NCBI GenBank assembly: GCA_002269645.1
Contig: NIVC01004143.1
Coordinates: forward strand, 1-58,361
Origin: Macrostomum lignano
Taxonomy: Eukaryota
Length of the DNA stretch: 58,361 nt
Direction: 5' to 3'
The notes beneath the pieces were generated by a model that was given only the letters and a program-made list of their open reading frames with translations, was not told the DNA's origin and did not search any database. Positions 1-10,503 of the stretch are shown here, piece by piece (position 1 is the first letter of the stretch; every line of letters begins with the position of its first letter). The position numbers and the translations under genes were made by a program.

Positions 1-630
1 AAACGAACGCAATGTGTTTGTGATCGAAGCGGAGTTTTTGGTCATGCTAAAATATGCTATTTTGTTATTGCTGAGAAAATTGCATTTTTGACGTCACCTG
101 TATTGATTAGTACAGTGAATTTGATGAAATAAATTGCATTACTCAGCTGTAATTCATGATTAGGTTTCATAGCTGCAATGGACCAAATTGATGCTTGTTG
201 GACCAAATTAAATACTGCTGTGCCAGCCTTGCTACCATAGCCAAAAATCAATTAGTTCAGTAAGCAAATCTTTGAATAAATTCAGTGTGTAAGCGCAAAT
301 AGGTTGGAAAAGTTATAAGGAACTTAATAGCTATACACCAGATTAGAGAGACCAATCGTTTCTCTGAAACTCGTACCTTGTAATTAACAAAATTACTGGT
401 AGGAAATCAATGTTTCGTATACAGTAGTTTCTGTCTGTACCCTTTTTGTTTCAAATTCAATGAAAAATTGCTGAGCAGTATCTAGCGGAGAAAATCGCCA
501 AACACCAGAAGCTCTTTGGACAGCCAAGGAGTAAATCAGGGTAGACAATAGAGAGGCAAAGTAGAGATTTACTTCAACTGAACAAAAACAAATCAAAGTG
601 CTCTAAAATTCTTAAGTTTTTATTCTTCAG

Positions 631-1460
631 GTCCGCAAAGTCGTCACGAAATCTCCACAGAGTTGGGCATCTGCAAATTCATATCTCCAACCAGTGATGT
701 CAAAGTCACATTTGAGTCGCCAGACGCATCCACGCACGTGTGCAGAGCATTCGACTCTAAAGGCCAGCAGCTGACAATTACTGCGCTGAAAAATCCAACA
801 TGCGATGTGGCTGACAATGTGCTGAGGTCCCAGTGGCTGTGCTCAAACTGCAGCAGCTCAGCCAATGTGTCTGTAATCTGTCAGGCTGATCAGCATCAAG
901 TTAGAAAGCTTATCAAAACACGCTGTCCCTACGTGTATGAGAGTAAGTTGTTTATCATTTATCTACGAAATAGTTATTGAACATTCTTTGAATAGTAAAA
1001 TGAAGCCTTCTATGATCAAACTTTCAGATTTTTGGCTGTTAGTCGTGTTATTGACCGAGATAATTGTATTAATCATATTGATATCCCTTGCAATCCTGAT
1101 CTACTACGAGAAGGTAAGCTTGACATGAAATCTTAATGTAAATAGTAAGATTGAGAGTCAAAGGTCTGTAATAAGAGGCAGTAGTCTTCATGTTATCTGC
1201 AAGGCATCAAACTGAGCAAGATTTTGTTTTAAAAAGAGCTATATATCGAACTGAATCCCATCCAAAATAAATTTAGAAAAAATTAATTCCGAAAAATTAT
1301 TTGATAACTTTGATAAACGGCCACACTTAAAAGTTCCAGAGTTGTGCTCATCCTCCTAACCAACCCAGCGATCCTCCAGCCGAGCTGAGAATGCAGCGAG
1401 CTGCTCAAAGCGTCTACGTGGATGACATGGTAGCCATGACAACCAATAGGACTGACAACG
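631..1460 (+). CDS. Receptor paralog D (partial): Cys-rich extracellular exon, TM exon and first cytoplasmic exon; upstream exons not found in the window
   Basis: Exon 631-942 (ttcttcag acceptor, 312 nt, phase 1-1, PQSRHEISTELGIC...WLCSNCSSSANVSVIC) closely matches the translation of gene B exon 5. A 31-nt GT-AG intron (943-973) follows. Exon 974-1113 encodes a hydrophobic helix (FWLLVVLLTEIIVLIILISLAILIYYEK) ending at gtaagc. An exon from 1340 (SCAHPPNQPSDPP...) follows; its 3' end is uncertain. Confidence 0.75.
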
Positions 1461-1744
1461 TTTCGCCGCCTCGGTCAGTTTACGTTAGCGATTGAGGAAG
1501 CGCTTGATTCTGTATTCGGCAATAACTATAAGTAACTATATGGAGCGTAACTATTTGGAGCTAACGTCGCCAGAGAATCATCGTGACCATTTTAAACACG
1601 AATATATTCTCGCTCCATCTCAATAACTTGATAACTCGCAAAAACATATCCAGGATTTCGAAATTATAAATTATAGAATGGTCATCAAATAAAACCAAGA
1701 GCTGTGAACTATGGTTGATTATAAATTATTATATTTTCATATTA

Positions 1745-1905
1745 AATTTGGTTCGGGTTTTGGTACTGGGTTCGGATATTGGTACAGGATTTTGGTTTTG
1801 ATACTGGATTTGGGTTTTGGAACTGGGTTTGGGTTTAGTACCGGGTTTGGGTTTTGCCCGGGTTCGATGTTCGAGGTAGGTGGGATGCTTGGTTCAGGTT
1901 CGGCG
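1745..1905. repeat. Degenerate 6-bp-period G/T-rich repeat (GGTTT/GGGTTC)
   Basis: Runs such as ggttcgggttttggtactgggttcgg and gggtttgggtttagtaccgggtttgggttttg. Confidence 0.7.
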
Positions 1906-2539
1906 CTAAGATATCAGGAGAAAAAATGAAAACACGAAGACCCCTAACTTGCTACTACTCGAACTATCAATAATTCTACCACTTAGAACATTCGATTTCA
2001 TCCTGATTCAGGTATTTTCCCTAAAATAGCCAGGTTTTTCACGTCATAATTGGTCATCTGAAACTCTGGTTGTTGAGGCTCGGTGACTGCATGGGCTTTG
2101 AGTTATATGTTTTGAGTTACATTTAACATCGTTCACTGATTTTCGCTACTCTTTCCTCCTAAGTTACATATGTGCATTAGTTAGCCAAATATTTAATTCA
2201 AGTCTCTCAGATTTTGAGAAATGTACAGTTAGGCACTTGAATTTAAAAATGTAATAATTTTATCATAAAAGTAGAAATGAGGATCTGGAGTCGTACTTTA
2301 AAACAGAAAAATCGAATGAAAAGAAATACAATGCTCAGACGAGTGTAGGCATTTCGAGTTTGAGTGAATTAATCGGAATGAGATGCTTACTAAAAGGTGT
2401 TTAAAAACAGCCCATAAAAGTACAGAGCTCTTAGATTACGAGTAATTTAAAGACTAAGTATTCCATTTTGCTGATTTTTATTTCACTTGCGCTGTGGGGG
2501 ATTCTTGAAAACGCAAAAGACAGCTACGAATTCGATTTA

Positions 2540-3446
2540 CAGCAGAACTACCAAGAGGGGGGGATCCCCCCCGACAACTTTTTTGCTGCGCCGGAACGGA
2601 GCAACGCAGCAGGCACACGAAATTCAAGAACACGGGCCAACTATTTGTTGCGCACCTTCTCAAACAAGAATCAAGTCGCCAGCCCTCTGGAACGTCGAGA
2701 TAATCAACGATTTTTCTAGGAAGTCCGATTTTTCCCATAAGCGCCAGTGTATTCAGTTCACCCCTGTGCGCCAATCAGCACTGCGCCTCAGTGCAGCCTT
2801 GCCAAGCCTCCAAATTTCACCAGCACGTCGACCACATGTGTCTGCATCAGCTCTAGCTTCGTTGGTCACTGGCCTTCACCCAGGCGGAGCTTCTAGACCT
2901 TCAACAGGTGGCACCAGGTGACTATGGACACCGAAAAAATGAATTTAAAAATTGTTTTAGCAACTTTTGTTAATTCTACTTGATCTTGAGTCCATATAGA
3001 AAAGTTGATAATTTTTTGTCATTTTTTCTCTTGGCGAAAATTCGGTTCAATTTACGGTTCAATTAACTAATTACGTCATCACGTCTCACGTTTGAGAGTC
3101 TAGCTGAAAATGACCAGGTGTTAATGTTAGCCCATTATTAATGCTTGATCAGCGAAACTAGAGAAATTCGCATCAGGGTGTCCATAGTCACCTGGTGCCA
3201 CCTGTTGAAGGTCTAGAAGCTCCGCCTGGGTGAAGGCCAGTGACCAACGAAGCCAGAGCTGATGCAGACGCATGTGATCGACGTGCTGGTGAAATTGCTG
3301 ATTGGCGCACAGGGGTGAACTGAATACACTAGCGCTTATGGGAAAAATCCGACCTTCTAGCAGAATCGTCGAATATCTCGACGTTCCGGACGGCTGGCGA
3401 CTTGATTATTGTTTGAGAAGGTGCGCAACAAAGAGTTGGCTTACTG
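2540..3446. mobile_element. Non-autonomous foldback DNA transposon, copy 1 (long inverted arms around an AT-rich spacer)
   Basis: Left arm 2540-2932 and right arm ~3143-3446 are inverted copies sharing the core CCTTCAACAGGTGGCACCAGGTGACTATGGACACC. Flanks are TTTA at 2536-2539 and TTAA at 3447-3450. Termini are CAGCAG.../...TTACTG. Confidence 0.75.
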
Positions 3447-3539
3447 TTAAAGCATTCATATGCACGTAGTTTAATAAATTACTAAATTTTATCATGCATG
3501 TAAATATTTCCTCAAAACATTGTAGATTTTAATTTAGAA

Positions 3540-6500
3540 TTACATGCTTCCAATTACAAAGCTTCTACGAGCTAGAACACAGTCACAATGTTGGTTAATA
3601 ACTATTCTTTCTTCAGTATCAAATACCATCCTTAATAATCATCAAATATTCCGTGACTTCACTTTCTGGCCGCTGTTCGTTAGAATTTGGTTCAGCTGTT
3701 GAAGGCATGAGCGAAGCGTAGGTGCAGCTGTTTCCTTCCTGAAGTATTATTATATATCGGATATCTGACTGAAGCTGAAGTAGTTTTAAACTAAATTTGT
3801 CTTACAAATCCGTAAATTTTTATTGGGAAAACTGCCACTATAAGTTGTATATAAGCGACTATTTTACTTCGGTAAATACTTGAGTTGCGATATTAAAAAA
3901 AATAATTGATGGCAGTTATGCATTACTAGCGTGTAAATAATTATATTTACCTGCTGTAGTCCCAAACTATGCCGAGCTGCTTCTTTTATTGAAAGCAATA
4001 CATGTAAAATCACTGTTTGTTACTTTTTTCAATACAAATGTCTTTTCATCTGATGCATCACTGTATACAGAGAATCGAAGAAAAATATTTACAACTCAAT
4101 CCTGTGTCTGATCTTTTTGACTTAGGATATTTAAAAATCTTTTTTTGACTTTGAACCATGGGGAAATTACTAGTTAATATGAATTTCAGACACTTTCGCA
4201 GACAGTTTAATTGAGCACGAAGATGCTTTCTCAATGGATTTTTTACTCTGACTGACCTGATAGTTGTCATTAGACTTTGGAAGTTCAACCATGCAAATAG
4301 CAGAATTTGGATGCAAATTTTCATGCCTCACCGCCACTCCGTTGTCAGGCGTTGGTGGTTCTTCATTTGAAACTTTCTCAGTTGAGTGTCTGGAAAAAGC
4401 AATTGAAACATTTTTTATGTAAGGGTGGAGTAATGCGTAGTAGGTTCCATTCATTGAAAGACTTATACAATGATACAATTATGTTTTAGCAATCCAATAA
4501 ATTTTATTTTCTCGCAGTATTCCAACAGCTTTAGAGCTGATAAATTAACACACATGGACATTGGTTCCGGTACAAGGCTCCCTGGAGGAGACTTTTCGAA
4601 CGAAACGTTTTCGAATATTTTCCGTCAATTTGTGGCCGAGTTCTTTGATGTCGCGCAAGTCCTTCCTTCACATTGCTGACACACGGAGAAATGCTTTATG
4701 TGTGAATTGAACTCAATTTGGAAGCGAAAAGTCAAAGAACAAAATCAAGGCTAAAAATTGTTGTTCAGATCTAAATGGGAACTTGACTGTGCTCTACGAA
4801 GAGGCTTCCCCAAAGGGGATAAATGTGGAAAAAGGCGATTTCCTGCGAACTTCTGGCTCTAAAATGGATGCGGTGGCAGATTGCGCCTGATTCTTTATCG
4901 AATCTTACGACTAGACCAAATGTGTTAATTTTTACATCCTCAACTTTATAGGCAACGTTGATGTGAATTCATGTAAATATTTTTTCTCGTGATAAATTTA
5001 TAAAAATTATTTTAATAGCTATTATAAATTTTATGCATGCAAGGTTTAATAGATTGACTCTAAAAACAGGTATTTTGGCTTGGATTAGCTGCCCACATCG
5101 AAATAGTTTGATTTACATGCAGGTACTGTCACACTAATTATAATTTCATTATATAGCTATATATCTCAATCCATATGCATGGCTAACAATTATATTCAAT
5201 CAGTGCCTGAATAAGACTAAAAGCGGTCGACCGACAAATACACGTAGCACGTAGAAGGATAGGGTACCTCGCTTCTCCCTTCTTTCTTAGAAACACTCAT
5301 AACAAATAGCTCAGTATCATTAGCTCGGTAGCTAAATCTAATAGCCATCAGTAACTATATGATAGCAAATTCTATTTAGACATGAAATCGCAAACGTGTT
5401 TGATTTCAGTCTAGTCCGAATAAAAGCTTCCTATTTTACGCAATATATCATTTTTAGCTGCCTGTTGATATTGCCTAATTAAAGATTCAATTTACTCGAG
5501 CAATAAACTTTAAGTTGTCTAACTTAGTGAATGAAAACCTAAGTTTTTTATTGGATTCTTTTAATAGCTCTTTTAATAGTTCTTAAAAAGCTACAAAACT
5601 GGTATATAGACAGTTTGACTCACACAAATACAAATACGTTCTGTATTTCTCAGCAAGGACTACTAGACTAGATGTTCCAGTGGTCCTTGTTTCTCAGAAG
5701 CTAGAAAATTGTTTCTTGACCAATAATCTTGTTGTTCATTGAACGACACATAAACAAGTCGTTCTAGCAAATTACTATATATATGTGTAGCATAAATTAC
5801 TCACCTTACAGTTGCTAGCTTTCGTTCAAGCGTTTGATGGCTTCCAATAGCCTGTTGGAAATATTTTAATATTTTGTTATTTAAATTAATAATTCTGTAC
5901 TTTAATTGCTGCGTAGGCGCATGGATTGTACATAAGGAAAGACACAAAAGATCAGAAAAGTTGCATATTAATACCATTTTTCTACAAGCAAATATCGCTC
6001 CTGCGACAACAGCTATTAACAGAATCGAGGAAACTGCCATCAATATGTATATGTAGAACTGAGTAAGTTCAGGTGAGGATGGCCTTTGAAGCTCTTTAGT
6101 TTCCTTAGCTGAAAAGTATAAATGAATTAATTTTTATGGGTACTGTAATGCCTAGCCAAAATGATAAAATGAATCAAGTCTGGTGTGTCTAATCTTAATG
6201 GACTAATTTCAATGAGAACTGGACAACTCACAAGCAACTGATAGATAGCCAGAGCTGACAACAACTCCACCAACACTGCACGCATAGACTCCATAATCTT
6301 CCTCATTCACAGAGTCGATTACATAGGTCTCATTTCCAGTTGCAAGTGTCCGGTTAGTGCTCAAGTGTATTAATTTGATACTTGCCAAACTATCAATGCA
6401 ACTCACATTGCATCTCACCTTGGCACTGGTATTCGAGCTTATATTAGACGGCGGTGCTATGTCAAAGGTAACTGAAAGAATAAATAAATGTATTTTATGG

Positions 6501-7413
6501 CTAATGAAAAAGAGTAAAAAGTATGTAATCTTAACTCACTATCGATCGAGATATACTTATAGGCCAAAATACTAAAAGCCATGCTCTCAATTGCGTTGGT
6601 TTTGTTGTTCCACGCAGGCTTGCGAAGCAGTACTGTTTTGGCCTGAATTTTTTTGAGGGAATTGCTTGGTATATAAGTGTGTTAAGTTATTAACACACCT
6701 TTACTGAATTATAGACTGATAAGCTCACCTCCTGGACACTGGAACAGTTCACTTGAATTGCAGTTGGCTTAGAAGATCCACAGAAAGTCCAATATTTCTT
6801 GTTAGTCTCAAATACTGAGCTCATATTTCTGGAGTTGCACTTTTCAGAACCAAATCCAATTGTTTCTGTTGTTGTCCAAACTTCAATTCTCTCTGCTAGC
6901 TGGCTTTCGCTTGTAATTGCTGCATTTTGGGGATACCACTTTACTTGCATATTAAAATTAAATATTATCATAAAATCAATAACCATAATATATGAATAGA
7001 TATACTCACGTGAGATAACAAACCCATCTGTCCAAACAGTACTTCTAAGCTGGACGGCCAACCAGTGATAGCCTTTGTCAGCGGCTGAGCCTTCGTCAGC
7101 TGATTTGAAGGCCCCGTCCAACTGACTTCCCCCAATCCCACAAATAAACGGGCCTTTAGTGTACTCTTTGAAACTCGATGACTGCCAGGTCTTTTCTCCT
7201 GCACCAGTAGTTACAAATTCAGTACCTAGTAGTAATTTAAAATATGTAATGCATGTAAGCATTCAAAACTGTGATAGAATTTATTATTGACTATTGAGAC
7301 ATTTACGAAAATTTCTGTTACTTACATTCAAATGCAGACTCCGCAAAATATTGGAGCAGGCAAGTTGCCATAAAAATGTAAATTAAAGCAGATATCAGTG
7401 CGGAATTAATCAT
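3540..7413 (-). CDS. Receptor paralog A: signal peptide + discoidin/F5-8C-like domain + Ig domain + TM + cytoplasmic tail with ITIM/ITSM-like tyrosine motifs (10 exons, 439 aa)
   Basis: GT-AG exons 7413-7326, 7225-7010, 6943-6729, 6642-6540, 6471-6232, 6108-5975, 5851-5805, 4389-4257, 3738-3627 and 3571-3540 join in compatible phases to 1320 nt with no internal stop. Signal peptide MINSALISALIYIFMATCLL. Discoidin-like motifs WQSSS, YHWLAVQL and KPAW. Ig hallmark C...DYGVYAC. TM YIYILMAVSSILLIAVVAGAIFAC. Tail contains TYASL and TEYLMI. Additional small tail exons cannot be excluded. Confidence 0.8.
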
Positions 7414-8476
7414 ACTCAATAAAAGTATCTTTAAAGCTTACGCTTGTAAGACTGCAATCGCTGAACTAAATTTCGTCACTCTGCAATGAACGTTAATGAT
7501 ATTGCTTTTCATTCGCGAATATTCAGAATATTTATACCAACCTGCAGCGCAGCTGACGCTCATTTCCTAGCCAAATTTGTTTTGGCAAAGCGTTTGAAAC
7601 CAACTAGTTTACATTATTAGTGTGCATTTGGACATTTTGGACACTTACCATAATCTGCTTGAAGGGCTATCATTAAATTGTAAATTCATCTTTGACTATT
7701 TAAAGAACCCTGTTTACCTCGTGTTCCGTTCGGTTTATAAATCTTTAGCTATTTACGTAGATCTTTCAGGTCTAGGTGGTTCTGTCTCGGCCGTTTCGAT
7801 TATATTCTGGAAGCCCCTCACTTCAATAATAATAGCTAATTTCACGAATTATTGTCTTTAACGATGCTGTAATATACTGGATCTCTGGTCAGTGAAATTC
7901 AGCGTTTTGTAAGCTCACCTCCGCTGTGTGCAACAATTTCAAAACTCCAGCTACAAGTAAACAATAGTTGCAATATTCTGGTAACAGCTGCATCATTATA
8001 TGGTCACGAAGCGATGTATCGCGTATGTGAGAAATCGCTTACCGAAAATTTTAAAATTGAAAAAGACCCCCTGTCGTGTGGCTGCTATATTCTCCGAGGC
8101 GCTGGACGAGAAGACGATCAGTAGTTAGCAGCCTAAAATAGTTAGAGTACGAACTAAATCTAGTGCACAATATGTTGACTTGGTTCCTGTTGAATCTGGT
8201 TTTAGGCGACGACAGATGCCATCCTGCAATCCAGCACAAAGACGTAAACTTTGACGGACCTATTTGATCATCAAATTGATGTGGTGCACCATTCAGTTAA
8301 AAACATTGTTATCAATCCTTTTAGCTTTGATGAATGATCATTGTGCAACCTACGAGTAATACCGATTTAAGCTGGGATCAGAACGACATAACGACAACAA
8401 ACGTCTAGCGTGCATTCAGAATAGAAATCGTTCGTAATCATTTTCTTCTCGGTGTTGAGCTGTGAGACACGACTTC

Positions 8477-9795
8477 CTGTCTCTGTCTCCATCCCTGTCC
8501 CCCTTGTCCCTGTCTCTGACCCATGGTTTTTTCCTGTCCTTGTTTCTGACCCATGTTCCTGTCCCTGTCTCTGACCCATGTTCCTGTCCCTGTCTCTGAC
8601 CCATGTTCCTGTCCCTGTCTCTGACCCATGTTCCTGTCCCTGTCTCTGACCCATGTCCCTGTTCCTGTCTCTGACCCATGTCTCTGTCCCCCTTGTCCCT
8701 GTCTCTGATCCATGTCTCTGTCCCCCTTGTCCCTGTCTCTGACCCATGTCCCTGTCCCCCTTGTCCCTGTCTGTGACCCATGGTTTTTTCCTGTCCTTGT
8801 TTCTGACCCATGTTCCTGTCCCTGTCTCTGACCCATGTTCCTGTCCCTGTCTCTGACCCATGTTCCTGTCCCTGTCTCTGACCCATGTTCCTGTCCCTGT
8901 CTCTGACCCATGTTCCTGTCCCTGTCTCTGACCCATGTCCCTGTTCCTGTCTCTGACCCATGTCTCTGTCCCCCTTGTCCCTGTCTCTGATCCATGTCTC
9001 TGTCCCCTTGTCCCTGTCTCTGACCCATGTCTCTGTCCCCCTTGTCCCTGTCTCTGACCCATGGTTTTTTCCTGTCCTTGTTTCTGACCAATGTTCCTGT
9101 CCCTGTCTCTGACCCATGTTCCTGTCCCTGTCTCTGACCCATGTCTCTGTCCCCCTTGTCCCTGTCTCTGACCCATGTCTCTGTCCCCCTTGTCCCTGTC
9201 TCTGATCCATGTCTCTGTCCCCCTTGTCCCTGTCTCTGACCCATGGTTTTTTCCTGTCCTTGTTTCTGACCAATGTTCCTGTCCCTGTCTCTGACCCATG
9301 TTCCTGTCCCTGTCTCTGACCCATGTCTCTGTCCCCCTTGTCCCTGTCTCTGATCCATGTCTCTGTCCCCCTTGTCCCTGTCTCTGATCCATGTCTCTGT
9401 CCCCCTTGTCCTTGTCTCTGATCCATGTCTCTGTCCCCCTTGTCCCTGTCTCTGATCCATGTCTCTGTCCCCCTTGTCCCTGTCTCTGACCCATGGTTTT
9501 TTCCTGTTCTTGTTTCTGACCAATGTTCCTGTCCCTGTCTCTGACCCATGTTCCTGTCCCTGTCTCTGACCCATGTCCCTGTTCCTGTCTCTGACCCATG
9601 TCCCTGTTCCTGTCTCTGACCCATGTCTCTGTCCCCCTTGTCCCTGTCTCTGATCCATGTCTCTGTCCCCCTTGTCCCTGTCTCTGATCCATGTCTCTGT
9701 CCCCTTTGTCCCTATCTCTGACCCATGGCTTTTTTCTGTCCCTGTCTATGACCCATGTCCTTGTTCGTGTTCCTATCCCTGACCCCATCTCTATC
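8477..9795. repeat. Complex minisatellite of ~25-34 bp variant units with core CCCTGTCTCTGACCCATG
   Basis: Direct reading of tandem units such as TTCCTGTCCCTGTCTCTGACCCATG interleaved with longer variants. It accounts for the repetitive GSETGTGTWVRDRD ORFs. Confidence 0.95.
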
Positions 9796-10503
9796 CCTGT
9801 CGGTGTCCCGACTTATGTCCCCAAAAGTCGATGTATGAAGACCTACATCGACCCAGGATCCTCTTCCAGACTGAATTCTAGTTTTAAACATGTATCTACC
9901 GGCATGTAACCTTGGGAAGCGCTTGAAATAAATATATGCATTTGTGCATTTATACTTACAATGTAGCACCTGAATTAATTTATTTGAAGATCATTCGATT
10001 GAATGCTAATTTTAGCAAGAATCCTAGCAAGAAAGTGTAAATTGTTTAAAACATACTCCCTAGTATGTTCCACTCGCATTGCTCATCTTTAAGTGGTTAG
10101 CGCGAATTTTTCTGTATTTTTTTTGGTTGTCTTTATGGAATCAAAGATGGGTTTTTGAGATGAGATGTTCTCACAATTTTAGTTAGGGAATAATCCCATA
10201 AATGTAGCGTTGATTGATAGATGAAATACATGTGTACATACAGGAAAACCAGCATGTATTCAAACTAACAAATTCAAACACGCAGAAATTCTTATGAATA
10301 TACTGTATACTTTCAAAAAATAACAAGAAAAAAACTCATGGAAAATTTTGAACAGTGCGTTAACGAATGAGTAGGCCGTTTTTAACACTTAGCCAATATA
10401 AACAAATATGGACAATTCACGTATCGGAAAAAAGTTGTTAAGGCGAAAATTTCTTCGAAGAAAGCATAAAAATGTGAGTCACAACAAGTTTTGCTATGAA
10501 TAC

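Noticed and set aside
57-596. Minus-strand ORFs with a faint discoidin-like stretch (GVWRFSPLDTAQQFFIEF)
   Set aside because: None of the family anchors or matching exon phases were found, so it could not be tied to a gene model.
8367-9788. Long ORFs of 400-470 aa in three frames
   Set aside because: They are translations of a minisatellite that lacks stops on this strand.
9827-9881. 9-bp hairpin GTCGATGTA...TACATCGAC followed by CTAG, as a possible Helitron 3' end
   Set aside because: The CTAG is ~26 nt from the hairpin, farther than usual, and no 5' end was found.
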